Source of the DNA: Candidatus Shapirobacteria bacterium
Lineage (GTDB): Bacteria > Patescibacteriota > Microgenomatia > UBA12405
DNA: 64,000 nucleotides
Assembly: GCA_030698565.1 (NCBI GenBank)
Contig: JAUYJS010000008.1
Location: 15,098 to 79,097, forward strand
Reading direction: 5' to 3'
In this document: positions 30,992-41,100 of the stretch, one piece after another
Layout: each line of letters starts with the position of its first letter
Position numbering within the stretch: the stretch's first letter is position 1
Made by a program: the position numbers and the translations under genes
Notes under the pieces: model-generated
What the model was told of the DNA's origin: nothing
Seen by the model: only the letters and a program-made list of their open reading frames with translations
Database searches by the model: none

Positions 30992-32116
30992 ATGAAACTT
31001 TCCCTTCTTCAGGAAAATTTAAATTCCGCCTTAAGTAACGTTTCCCGATTCGTTTCTTCCAAGTCTCAATTACCTATATTAAATAACATTCTTATAACTA
31101 CTGATAATGGCCGTCTTAAACTATCGGCTACCAATTTAGAGTTGGGAATAAATTATTGGGTTGGTGCCAAAATCGAGCAAGAAGGTGTCCTGGCTTTACC
31201 CGCCAAAGAAATTACTGAATTTGTTTCCTACTTATCCTCTGGCAAAATTGATTGTGAATTAAACGATAAAAATCTTTTAAGTATATTTTCTACCAAGGCC
31301 GAATCTACTTTTGCCACAATTCCCGCTACAGATTTTCCTACCATTCCTTCAATAAATCCCAGTACTGCCTTTGAAATTGATTTATCTTTATTAGCCACTG
31401 CTGTTTCTCAAGTGGCTTTCGCTGCCGCTTCTGATGATTCCCGCCCAATTTTGACAGCTATTTTATGTAAATTCACCTCTCAAAGTTTTACTTTAGTGGC
31501 CACTGATGGTTTTCGACTATCACTTAAAACCATAAAATTAGTTAATCCAATCAAATTAAATGATGGTCAAGAAGAATTGACATTTTTAATTCCCGCCCGA
31601 AGTTTAATCGAAGTTACTAAACTCGCCAAGAACACTAAAAAAATTACAATTGGTTTAACATCTGATGGTCACCAGGTTGTATTCGTTCTAGACGATCTAG
31701 AGTTAGTTTCTCGATTGATTGAAGGGGATTACCCTGACTTCAAAAGGATCATCCCTGATAGTTTTACTACTCGAATATTTATTAATCGGGAAGAATTTTC
31801 TCAGGCAGTTAAAATTGCTTCTGTTTTTGCTCGGGAGTCAGCTAATGTTGTTCGCTTTAATTTAAAAGCTAATGCATTAGAATTAACTGCCAATGCACCT
31901 CAAATCGGGCAAAATCGGGCCACTGTCGAAGCCAAAATAGAAGGCAATCCTTTTCAGGTAGCTTTTAATTTTAAGTTTATTAATGATTTTCTCAATATTT
32001 GCAAAGGTGAAGAAATTCTCATAGAACTAAATGAAACATTTTCTCCGGTTTCTTTTCAGGATCAATCTGATCCGAGTTTAACCCACATTATCGGTCCAGT
32101 CAGTGTTCAAAACTAA
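30992..32116 (+). CDS. dnaN: DNA polymerase III beta clamp
   Basis: LPILNNILI, LSATNLE, SRPILT, ATDGFRLS, SRLIEGDYPDF. Confidence 0.97.
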   Translation: MKLSLLQENLNSALSNVSRFVSSKSQLPILNNILITTDNGRLKLSATNLELGINYWVGAKIEQEGVLALPAKEITEFVSYLSSGKIDCELNDKNLLSIFSTKAESTFATIPATDFPTIPSINPSTAFEIDLSLLATAVSQVAFAAASDDSRPILTAILCKFTSQSFTLVATDGFRLSLKTIKLVNPIKLNDGQEELTFLIPARSLIEVTKLAKNTKKITIGLTSDGHQVVFVLDDLELVSRLIEGDYPDFKRIIPDSFTTRIFINREEFSQAVKIASVFARESANVVRFNLKANALELTANAPQIGQNRATVEAKIEGNPFQVAFNFKFINDFLNICKGEEILIELNETFSPVSFQDQSDPSLTHIIGPVSVQN

Positions 32117-32120
32117 ATTT

Positions 32121-32510
32121 TTATTCCCATTCAATCAAATGGCTTTGAGGATCCACCTCGTTTTGTATTAGCCACTTTGTAATTTCGCCTTCAATTGTCT
32201 CTTTATTTCCTGATTTAATTTTCACGGTTAAAGTTAGGGGTTTTTGATATTGTTGAATAGTAAATCCTTTTCCTTGGTAGGGTAATATTCGCCACAACGG
32301 GTATTTCTCTTCATTAGTTAGTGCAATTGTGGGAACCAAAGTCGGAGTCGCAATTATTGGTTCATTTGTTGGTGTCGGTAAAATTACTTGATTTTGATTA
32401 ATTTCTTCCACCTTATTACCATAAATTACCTTAATACTCGCCATTACTACCACAATCAAGCTCAATGCCACAATTAATTGGTACTTTTTTAAAAATTGAT
32501 TTAATTTCAT
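32121..32510 (-). CDS. Membrane-anchored hypothetical protein at the end of the VirB4 operon
   Basis: N-terminal TM, PTPT linker, LPY..GFTI motif. Confidence 0.7.
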   Translation of the reverse strand: MKLNQFLKKYQLIVALSLIVVVMASIKVIYGNKVEEINQNQVILPTPTNEPIIATPTLVPTIALTNEEKYPLWRILPYQGKGFTIQQYQKPLTLTVKIKSGNKETIEGEITKWLIQNEVDPQSHLIEWE

Positions 32511-32520
32511 TTAACAAATT

Positions 32521-33510
32521 TTATTCTTTTAATAATGGAACCGCTAGAGTTATTGTGGCCGGCCCGGTATCTAATATTCCTTTACCGAGACAAATTAAAT
32601 AAGGTCTCAGAAGAGGATAATTATCAACATCCAAATAAGCTATATAAGTCTGATTAATATTCACTTCCTCAGGTGCCTTGTCTTCAAAATTGGTTAAATC
32701 ATATTGGGCTCCGCCATCAATATTAATAATTTTAAAATTATTAATTGGCAAGGCTTTTATTTCATCAAAATTAAAAGTTGGATAATCATCTTGTTTGGCA
32801 ATTATGGAAGACAAAAGGTCAACATCTAATTTAATTAAAGTGCCGTCCCAAGAAAATCTAGCTACAATGGGAAAGCCTTTATCAGTTAAAATCGGGTAAT
32901 TTTTAATGGCATAATAAGCGTTAATCTTCACAATTTGTGAATTTTCTTTACTACTGCTGACAAATCTGGGATTAATAATTTCCTCATATTCCACATTGTT
33001 TATCGAAATATTTAAACCACTTAAATTCAAGTTTTGATTAACAAGCTTTAAAAAAATATTTTTAATCTGCTCCACTTCTAGTTTTTGGGACACTATCGGG
33101 ATAGGGTTTAGTAAAAGATTTTTATAATAAGAAATCTTATTTTCAGTTTTGTTTATTTCTAAAGTAGATTTATCAGTTTCATTTTCAAAAACAGTTAAAC
33201 TAGAATTATCCAATTTAGAATTATTAAATCCCAAATTTTGGCTCATTTTATTTCCAATTTCTGTAGTATTTGCTTCCCCTAAAACTTTATAAACAGTCAA
33301 GGTGGGATCAATTTTTATATCGTTTATTCCCCAACTAATTTGATTAGGGGATTTCTGGTAGGGTAAAAGATTAGATTGGAATTGTGTTGGTGTTGGGTCA
33401 GTCTTGTTAATAGGTTTTGTAACTGGTTGCTGCTTCAGAAAAAGTAATATTAAAAAAATAACTCCAATCCCAATAATTAAGATTTTTCTAATTGTTTTTA
33501 TTTGGCTCAT
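32521..33510 (-). CDS. Membrane-anchored extracellular hypothetical protein
   Basis: N-terminal TM then soluble domain; operon context; ATG at 33510 preferred. Confidence 0.7.
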   Translation of the reverse strand: MSQIKTIRKILIIGIGVIFLILLFLKQQPVTKPINKTDPTPTQFQSNLLPYQKSPNQISWGINDIKIDPTLTVYKVLGEANTTEIGNKMSQNLGFNNSKLDNSSLTVFENETDKSTLEINKTENKISYYKNLLLNPIPIVSQKLEVEQIKNIFLKLVNQNLNLSGLNISINNVEYEEIINPRFVSSSKENSQIVKINAYYAIKNYPILTDKGFPIVARFSWDGTLIKLDVDLLSSIIAKQDDYPTFNFDEIKALPINNFKIINIDGGAQYDLTNFEDKAPEEVNINQTYIAYLDVDNYPLLRPYLICLGKGILDTGPATITLAVPLLKE

Positions 33511-33512
33511 TT

Positions 33513-36071
33513 TTATAATTTTCCACAATTATCTAAGCAACCTCGTGGTACATCTTTTGGTAAATAAGTATTAATTTGATCCAATTCATTAAGTTGGTAA
33601 TGAAGATGCGGCCCAGTGCTATTACTACCAGTGTTTCCGCTTTCTCCAATTACCTCTCCTGCCTTAAACTCTTTTTGCCCAGTAAAGTTAATACTGTTTA
33701 AATGAAGATATGAAGTATAAAATTCTTTTCCTTTACAAGTACTGTGTAATCTAATAATCTCTCCACCAGTACTACTGCGTTCCCTGATAGCCACTCCATT
33801 ATGGGTAGCTAATACCGGGGTACCAGTACCCACACCAATGTCAATTGATTCCTTAATTGTTCTACAATGAGAACCGGTTGAACCTAAGTTAGGATCACAA
33901 TTTGTATCTGATCCTTGAGTAACATCTTTTCCTGGTGCATTTACTGGCCAACCGTTTGGACAACTTGAGGGTAGCGGGGTATTAGGATCTAAATTTGATG
34001 TTACTTCTTCTCCTCCACCCCCCATACCTGCCGGTGTTACTAAACTAGAAACCTGACTTGAAGTAAAAATCATATAAATAAATAAAAACCCAAACACTCC
34101 TATTATTATTGGGCCAGCGGCTGCTGTCGCTGCGGCTGTAGCCGATGCTAACGCACCAGCTAAGGCCGGACCAAGAAGAGTTGTGGCAATACCTAATCCC
34201 ATTTTACCAAGACTACCTAAAGCATCACCTAAATTACCCTGTAAAAAATTTTTTAGAAAAGATAATCCTCCCATGATTGCTGCGCCAATTCCGCCAGTAG
34301 CTGCCCCAGCTACTGTACTCACTGCGGATTGGACTGCTCCACTAGCCAATGCTTTTCCAGCCATCGAGGCTCCTGCCTTCATACTACTTCCAAAAAAATT
34401 ACCCATGGCCATTTTTAAGCCTTGCCCTAGGCCATTTTTTGATATCAGTCCAAAAGTATTTTGAGCAAAGACTCTAAAACCACCTTCAACTCCATTATTT
34501 AAAAAATTACCTAATTTTGGGAAAATTTTAGTAACAAAACCACCAGTAAACTTATCGGCTTTTTGAATAAAATTTGTCCAACCCTGAGCTTTATTAAAAT
34601 AACCCATTAAGTTATTATCTGTTTTAATTTCGCCAAAAAAACTTTGCAGTCTATCGACATCTGCCAAACCATCTATATGTAGATTTACATCGACAGCACG
34701 TTGATTCAGTAATTCAAATCTTTTAATTACAGTTTCAACCTTTTCTTGCCCGGTAACTAATCCAACTGTCATTTTTGTATATTCAAAATCTCTCTCCATC
34801 TTGGCACTATTCTCGCCTCCAACACCTGCCTTGACCTTAATCTCCTTACTAAAACTATCAATCGGGTTATTAACAAAGGGTTTAATAAAGTCTTTTAAAT
34901 CATTAGCCACAACCCTTTGTTCTTCCGTTAAATTAGGATTTGACTCAATAATCTTGTTATCAAAAACCTCCTCAAACATTTCACCTCTATAAGTATTAAT
35001 TAATCCTGGATTTCCCTTTATCAAACTACTAATCTCTTCCTCTACTCCTCTTGCTTCAAATTTTACTGTCGACAGTTCTGTTGCCGTCAGCTCCGGCAAG
35101 ATTCTAATTACTTCATTTGAAAAAGTATTTGTGTAAATTTCTCCCGTTTCTAAATCACGCCCAGAAAAGGCATTAATTACTGTTTGTTCAATTTTTGGTT
35201 TTAAAAATCTCACTCGGTTTTTAGTTATTTGAGAAACGCTTGGATTGTCTTCTAAGTGAGATGCCAAATTTTCAACCAGAGATTCACTTTTATTTTCAAT
35301 TTTAATCCTAGTATCTATTCCATAAACTGCTTCTGCCAGCTCTGCATTGACCTTTTTTCTAACCACTGGCTTAGTAATTTCTTTAGTAATTTCAGCTATT
35401 TCTTTTTTTGGTTCAATTATTAGTTTTTGTTCTAAAATCCTAGGACCGAACTGCTTAAAAATTTTTTCTACAACAATACTGGCCTGTTCAGCAGTAACGC
35501 CCAAACTTTTAATTTTAGTCTCAACTCTCTTTGTATTTTGGTCGACTAATCTTTCAATTCCGCTTTTATCCTTACTTTGAATTATTTCTTTTTGTTTTGT
35601 TTCAGTAACTTTCTCTGTATTTAGATCCCTTTGTTCTTTGGCAATTTTTTGTTGACCCTCAATAAAATTATCTATATTATTTTTAATCGTTTCTGGCTGG
35701 ACCAAACCTTCATTCTTTTTAATTTCTTCCTCAGCTTGTTTACTTTGTAGTTCTTTTAAAGTTTCTTTATCTATAACAACAGATTCCTGTTTTACAGTAG
35801 TTTCTTCTAATAAATCCTTAATTTTTTCATCTTTTAAATCTTCAGGAATTTCATTTAAAGCATTTAAAATTCCATCAACATCATCAATCCTTAATTTACC
35901 CCATCTATCTAAGTGTGAAAGTAATTTTTGGCTAGAAATAATTAGCCCATTATCGGGATTTAATTGAATTCCAATATCTTTTACAATTTTAAAAGCGTCA
36001 ATTAGATCCGAGACAACAGTATATTTTTTTGTGTTGTTCTCAATTTCCAGTCTAATAGCAGAAGAATCCAT
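33513..36071 (-). CDS. Large membrane protein with a C-terminal M23 peptidase (peptidoglycan hydrolase)
   Basis: Long helical N-terminus, Ala/Gly-rich TM region, IDIG..GTPVLATHNG, YLHL, SGNTG.STGPHLHY. Confidence 0.85.
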   Translation of the reverse strand: MDSSAIRLEIENNTKKYTVVSDLIDAFKIVKDIGIQLNPDNGLIISSQKLLSHLDRWGKLRIDDVDGILNALNEIPEDLKDEKIKDLLEETTVKQESVVIDKETLKELQSKQAEEEIKKNEGLVQPETIKNNIDNFIEGQQKIAKEQRDLNTEKVTETKQKEIIQSKDKSGIERLVDQNTKRVETKIKSLGVTAEQASIVVEKIFKQFGPRILEQKLIIEPKKEIAEITKEITKPVVRKKVNAELAEAVYGIDTRIKIENKSESLVENLASHLEDNPSVSQITKNRVRFLKPKIEQTVINAFSGRDLETGEIYTNTFSNEVIRILPELTATELSTVKFEARGVEEEISSLIKGNPGLINTYRGEMFEEVFDNKIIESNPNLTEEQRVVANDLKDFIKPFVNNPIDSFSKEIKVKAGVGGENSAKMERDFEYTKMTVGLVTGQEKVETVIKRFELLNQRAVDVNLHIDGLADVDRLQSFFGEIKTDNNLMGYFNKAQGWTNFIQKADKFTGGFVTKIFPKLGNFLNNGVEGGFRVFAQNTFGLISKNGLGQGLKMAMGNFFGSSMKAGASMAGKALASGAVQSAVSTVAGAATGGIGAAIMGGLSFLKNFLQGNLGDALGSLGKMGLGIATTLLGPALAGALASATAAATAAAGPIIIGVFGFLFIYMIFTSSQVSSLVTPAGMGGGGEEVTSNLDPNTPLPSSCPNGWPVNAPGKDVTQGSDTNCDPNLGSTGSHCRTIKESIDIGVGTGTPVLATHNGVAIRERSSTGGEIIRLHSTCKGKEFYTSYLHLNSINFTGQKEFKAGEVIGESGNTGSNSTGPHLHYQLNELDQINTYLPKDVPRGCLDNCGKL

Positions 36072-36105
36072 TAAATAAAATTATATCAATTGCCCCATCT
36101 TTCTC

Positions 36106-38478
36106 CTAGACAATATCTTTACCCAAAAGCTTGTCGTAATCTGGTTTTTTATCGTTATTTTGTTTGTTGTCAATAAATTCCGGCACATTTTTTTTAGCAA
36201 ATTGCGGTGGCTGGGGAATTTTTGGCTCAGTTTGATTTATAAAAACTGGCCCTTTATTATTATTTTGAGGAACCACAGTTTCTGGTTTAGGTGGTTCAAA
36301 TTTGGGCAAGGGCGGCAAAGGAGGTAGTTTGTCCGAGTCACTGAAAGATTTAAATAAATCTTTATACTTAGGCGAATCTATTTCATTTGCTTTTTTTTCG
36401 ATTTCTCCATCTTTTACTTGTTTTTCGTGCTCATCAAGTTTTTTTTGTTCCAAAACCTCAAGTTCTGAAATCCTTTGGTTTAAAGCATTTTCTATTTTTT
36501 CCGCTTCATTTATGTTTATTTGTTGGGGTTTTTCTACGACCGTTTCTAAAAACATTTTTCTATTTTCATTTACTGGTACTGGTATAGGTTGAGCCGGCAA
36601 AGACGGTTTAACCTCTTCTGTCTTTTTAGGTTCCAAATTTATTGGTGGGCTAATTGGCTTAACTGGTTCAGCAGCCGTTTTTTGTTGTTTTAATTTTTCT
36701 TCCGGGTTTGAAGTAATTAATCTATGTTCATCTTCAGAGGCAATTACTTTAATAGCCACATGGTTTTGTCCGGCAAAAAATATGCCTTCACCTTTACCCG
36801 CACTCAAAAGTAGTTGTTTTTCTCCTTCAGATAAATAAAATACTTCCGCTAATTGGTCAATAGCCGCACTGTGCTGTTTTAAAAGAATTTGAATCGAACT
36901 GTTGGTCACTATTTCTTTACCATACGGTGTTTGCAAAAAATCATCCACGTCTTGGGTAATTGTCGTTACTCCCAGATAATATTTTCTACCTCTTTTAACC
37001 ACACCTCTTAAAAACGCGGCCGAATCCGGATACTGCATCAAATACCAAGCCTCATCGACTATCAAAATTCTTTTTTTAAGATTATTTTTAATTACCGTCC
37101 ACACATAATCCAAGATGATATACATAGCTACTGGTCGTAGGGAATCTTCCAAGTTTCTTATTCCAAAAACGACAAAATTACTAGTTAAATTAACTGTTGT
37201 TTTTTGGTTAAAAATACCCGCAAAAGCGCCTTTAATATATCTTTCCAGTCGGGCAGCAATATTGGCAGCTTTCGGATCTTCCATTCCAATTAGTGATTTA
37301 TATAAATCTTCTACTAATGGAGCTTCCTTGTTTTGTGTTTCCGGATCTGGGGTTATCCCTTTCATTTTGTAGGCATCCAATAGAGCCCGATCCAAGATCG
37401 ATTCTTCCATAGGATCCATTTGCCCCAACATTACCTTAAACAATTGATGTAAAGACAGCATTTTAGAATTAAGGGCGTTTTCCCCCTCTTCCATAGTTAA
37501 AGATAAATCAAAAGGATTAATTTTTGAATTTTCATTATAACCAAAGGCAACATATTGGCCTCCGACTGATTCACACAAGTCACGGTATTCATTTTCTGGA
37601 TCAATAACAATAATATCTGTTCCAAACATAGCCGATCTCAATGCTTCTAATTTTATTAAATATGATTTACCCGCACCAGCAGTCGCAAAAACCACCGAAT
37701 TATAATTAGGCATAGAGAACCTGTCAAAAATTACCAGAGATCCGTTATGTTGATTTATTCCATACATTATTCCCTTATCATCCGAGAGGTCTGAAGACAC
37801 AAATGGAAAAGTCGTCGCCAAGGAAGTTGTATCCATATTTCGAGTTATTTGAAGTTTATCGTCGCCAATTGGTAGGGTAGTGATAAAACCATCTTCCATT
37901 TGCAAAGTAGCCCTTTTACTAATAATTAAAAGTGCTCCCAAGGCTGCTTCTAAATTTTTATTAATTCTGTTAAGCTCCGCTACAGAGTCAGCTGTAATTG
38001 TTATATATAAACCAAATTGAAAAAAGCGTTCTTCTCCTTTAACCAAATCAGCTTGTAAATTCAAAGCATCTTCTAATTTAGCTTGAGTTGCTGGATTAAC
38101 CAATCTTCCTCTCTGAATATCCGAACCAATTTCCGCTTCCATTTCAGTAATTTTTCGCCTCAAATCATCCAAAATTTCCTTACCATCAGTTGGATAAATA
38201 AACATGGAAATATTAAGTGAGGCATCGAAATTAATTAAAGATGACAACCAATTTATGCCGACAAATCGGGGATATGCCGCCACAAACAAGGTTCGATAAT
38301 ATTTATTGTCAATTCTTAAATAATCAAAATCCACTTCAATTGCCGAAGGTGCAATCACATCTTTAGTGGTTACTAATCCTTCCGCAAACGGCTTAATATT
38401 ATTATTTGTTTCAATTGTCGACACTACCGTTTCCGGTTTTATATCTGTTTTTTTTATTAATTTATTTAAAAAACTCAT
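36106..38478 (-). CDS. virB4: VirB4-like secretion ATPase
   Basis: Walker A ATAGAGKS, IDPENEY, INPFD, Walker B LIVDEAW, RGRKY, ITQDVDD; Pro/Lys-rich tail. Confidence 0.9.
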   Translation of the reverse strand: MSFLNKLIKKTDIKPETVVSTIETNNNIKPFAEGLVTTKDVIAPSAIEVDFDYLRIDNKYYRTLFVAAYPRFVGINWLSSLINFDASLNISMFIYPTDGKEILDDLRRKITEMEAEIGSDIQRGRLVNPATQAKLEDALNLQADLVKGEERFFQFGLYITITADSVAELNRINKNLEAALGALLIISKRATLQMEDGFITTLPIGDDKLQITRNMDTTSLATTFPFVSSDLSDDKGIMYGINQHNGSLVIFDRFSMPNYNSVVFATAGAGKSYLIKLEALRSAMFGTDIIVIDPENEYRDLCESVGGQYVAFGYNENSKINPFDLSLTMEEGENALNSKMLSLHQLFKVMLGQMDPMEESILDRALLDAYKMKGITPDPETQNKEAPLVEDLYKSLIGMEDPKAANIAARLERYIKGAFAGIFNQKTTVNLTSNFVVFGIRNLEDSLRPVAMYIILDYVWTVIKNNLKKRILIVDEAWYLMQYPDSAAFLRGVVKRGRKYYLGVTTITQDVDDFLQTPYGKEIVTNSSIQILLKQHSAAIDQLAEVFYLSEGEKQLLLSAGKGEGIFFAGQNHVAIKVIASEDEHRLITSNPEEKLKQQKTAAEPVKPISPPINLEPKKTEEVKPSLPAQPIPVPVNENRKMFLETVVEKPQQININEAEKIENALNQRISELEVLEQKKLDEHEKQVKDGEIEKKANEIDSPKYKDLFKSFSDSDKLPPLPPLPKFEPPKPETVVPQNNNKGPVFINQTEPKIPQPPQFAKKNVPEFIDNKQNNDKKPDYDKLLGKDIV

Positions 38479-38479
38479 T

Positions 38480-39184
38480 TTATTTTTTAGTACTAACCAT
38501 TGGGGCGGTGTAATTTAATGTCTGAATTTTTTGATTTATCGAATTTTCTTCATTATATATTTTATAAAACAATTCTATTAATTCTTTAGTTGCTAGTTGC
38601 CTTATTTCCAAACCCAACCTAGCAAATAGTCTCATCAAATGATCTCGTTTAGGTTCCAAATTAGCCTTTGCTTTTTCTAAAATATAATTTTTATCATAAG
38701 GTAATACTTGAGACTTTTTTTTCATCGGCAGTAAACTAGCCAAAATTTGTTTATTAGCCGATTTTATACCCAACTCTAAAACTGAAAATCTAACTAAAAC
38801 ATAAAATGATTTAGATAGTACTTCATTTTTTTTAACCGTCTCTTCTATAAATTTTCTATAAAGCTGAATTCTCTGTTTCAATAGCGGGTTAATTTGTTTT
38901 TCTTCAGCCGTCTTCAAATTATTTAAATAAGCGCTTACATCTTTTGTATTTGATCTGATTAGAATTTGAATTGGAAAATTAAGTGAATTTAAAATTCCAC
39001 CATATGCAAAAACCAAAGACGACTGTTCTTTTTCCGACAAAAGGTCGAAATTTACCGATGATAATTGCATTACCATAGCGCACGACCCATCTTTTAAAAT
39101 CACCACATTATCCACCACATCTTCAATCTGAAGATGCTCTTGAGTAGTTCCTTTAATGGCGATTTTTAATGGGTCACTTGGCAT
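38480..39184 (-). CDS. Conserved T4SS accessory protein upstream of virB4
   Basis: TQEHLQI, ILKDG, VNFDLLSEKEQ, LNSLNFPIQILIRS motifs typical of CPR virB4 neighbours. Confidence 0.75.
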   Translation of the reverse strand: MPSDPLKIAIKGTTQEHLQIEDVVDNVVILKDGSCAMVMQLSSVNFDLLSEKEQSSLVFAYGGILNSLNFPIQILIRSNTKDVSAYLNNLKTAEEKQINPLLKQRIQLYRKFIEETVKKNEVLSKSFYVLVRFSVLELGIKSANKQILASLLPMKKKSQVLPYDKNYILEKAKANLEPKRDHLMRLFARLGLEIRQLATKELIELFYKIYNEENSINQKIQTLNYTAPMVSTKK

Positions 39185-39206
39185 ACCTTTTATTATTAAT
39201 CATAAC

Positions 39207-40142
39207 TTAATTAGAAGCAATAATTCTTATTGGTTTAACAATCTGACCAGACAAATCAATATTAACCCGATCAAAATTACTACCTTCTTTTTCGGCAATC
39301 ATTAAGTAACGACCGTTGGCTAAAGGCGTTGAAGTTTTAAATTGACCCAAAGAGTTAGTTTTTAAAACTCGAGAAGAATTACCATGTTCATCTTGAATTT
39401 CAACAATTACCCCCTCCACTATTCCGCCTTGGATATCCGTCGCCATCCCCACCACTACATTTGGCACATCGGGAATATCTGGCATGGGTATAGTACCAAA
39501 CACAGCACTACCAGTTGCCTCCAATTTTTCCGTTTTTAAGTCTAAATTTGTTTTTTGATTTTTCCAATCGTTGGCAGTGTTTTTAATTTGTGCCTCGGTT
39601 TTTATTACTTCAACTGGTTTACTCGGCTCATCAATTACCGTTGATTTAATTATCTTTTGATCAGGCTTAAAATCCTCCTCTTTTTCCATTTCTGTTTCTT
39701 TAGGTTCCCCTAAAGTCAATGATTTCAGATAATCACTTATCTTTCTTTTTTTGTCTTCATCTTTTAATTGCCAACCTTTATTATTGTTTTCTTCCGCACT
39801 TTCTTCATCCCTATTTTTAGGTTCACTAAAATCAGTTTTAAGCCAGTTTACGTCAACACTTTTTTTGTAAATAAAAATAGTTGGAGAGTAGATTGCCTTA
39901 ATAAAAGAAGATATCCATTTTTCTAATGGTCTATCTTGGAGGGGAACAAAAGCCAATATTAATCCGCCCCCAGCAAAAATTGCCATTAATGGCCATTTAA
40001 CTAGAATCATTATGTTAGTCGCGTTAAATAGCATGGCAATTATTACTCCAGCCGCAGCTTTTAAAAACTGCTTTAAGGTCATTTCACCGACGAGTTTGAA
40101 TTCATACGATGAAATTTGCTGTGGTATTGGGTGTTGTTCCAT
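39207..40142 (-). CDS. PrgI family protein with a C-terminal beta-sandwich (carboxypeptidase-regulatory-like) domain
   Basis: MEQHPIPQQISSYEFKLVGEMTLKQF, two TMs, RPLEKW; C-terminal LKTNSLGQF. Confidence 0.82.
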   Translation of the reverse strand: MEQHPIPQQISSYEFKLVGEMTLKQFLKAAAGVIIAMLFNATNIMILVKWPLMAIFAGGGLILAFVPLQDRPLEKWISSFIKAIYSPTIFIYKKSVDVNWLKTDFSEPKNRDEESAEENNNKGWQLKDEDKKRKISDYLKSLTLGEPKETEMEKEEDFKPDQKIIKSTVIDEPSKPVEVIKTEAQIKNTANDWKNQKTNLDLKTEKLEATGSAVFGTIPMPDIPDVPNVVVGMATDIQGGIVEGVIVEIQDEHGNSSRVLKTNSLGQFKTSTPLANGRYLMIAEKEGSNFDRVNIDLSGQIVKPIRIIASN

Positions 40143-40188
40143 TGGTTAAATTTTACAGTAAATTCTAGCCGTGATGTTAAACTATCTC

Positions 40189-41097
40189 ATGCGTCGACTT
40201 TTAATTGTGGATGGCCATGCCATCGCTCATCGGGCTTATCATTCAATTCCACCCTTAACTTTTCAAGGTCAACCAGTCAACGCCATCTATGGTTTTTATT
40301 CAATGTTATTAACCGCCATCAGCAGTTTAAAACCTCATTATTTAATTGTTTGCTTAGATTCTCCCGGACCAACTCTTCGGCAACATGAGTTTATTGGTTA
40401 TCGAGCCAAACGTAAACCAACCGACATGGATTTAGTTTCCCAACTACCCTTACTTCAGGAAAGTTTACAAACCTCAACCATTCCCAATTTTGCTATTGGT
40501 GGGTACGAAGCCGATGATTTAATTGCCTCTTTAACCAAATTAGCCTTAAAAAAGGTCAGAAAAGGTATAATTTCTCAGATAACCATTATTACTGGTGACA
40601 AAGATTTAATGCAACTAGTAGGACCACAAGTAGAACTTTTTGTCCCAATTCGCGGTTTGTCGGAAACTAAAATTTTCCAAAAAGATGATGTCAAAGAAAA
40701 ACTAGGAGTTTTTCCTACTCAAGTTATCGACCTAAAAGCCTTAATGGGAGACATGTCAGATAATTATCCTGGAGTAGCTGGTATTGGCCCAAAAGTGGCG
40801 GTCGATTTACTTAGCCAATACAAAAATCTGGATAATATTTATCAACATTTAGATGAAATCAAGCCGGCAGTCAAAGAAAAATTAATTAACGGTCGGGAAA
40901 ACGCTTATTTATCCCAAAAACTAGCCTCTCTAATTTACGACATTCCTTTTAAATTTAAATTAAAAGAGGCCTTATGGAATCAAAACAGAATGGAAAATTT
41001 AAAACAACTTTTTTTAAACTATAATTTTAAATCCTTAGCCGCGAGGTTAGACAAAAAGAATCCACCAAAAAAAATTAATCAAACTTCATTATTTTAA
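40189..41097 (+). CDS. Stand-alone 5'-3' exonuclease (Pol I N-terminal / FEN-like)
   Basis: LLIVDGHAIAHRAYH, YEADDLI, TGDKDLMQL, LMGDMSDNYPGVAGIGPK; no polymerase domain. Confidence 0.92.
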   Translation: MRRLLIVDGHAIAHRAYHSIPPLTFQGQPVNAIYGFYSMLLTAISSLKPHYLIVCLDSPGPTLRQHEFIGYRAKRKPTDMDLVSQLPLLQESLQTSTIPNFAIGGYEADDLIASLTKLALKKVRKGIISQITIITGDKDLMQLVGPQVELFVPIRGLSETKIFQKDDVKEKLGVFPTQVIDLKALMGDMSDNYPGVAGIGPKVAVDLLSQYKNLDNIYQHLDEIKPAVKEKLINGRENAYLSQKLASLIYDIPFKFKLKEALWNQNRMENLKQLFLNYNFKSLAARLDKKNPPKKINQTSLF

Positions 41098-41100
41098 TAC

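Noticed and set aside
10029-40142. Integrated conjugative element or prophage
   Set aside because: No integrase, relaxase or phage structural genes, and core genes (ftsH, yidC, dnaA, dnaN) lie between the two clusters
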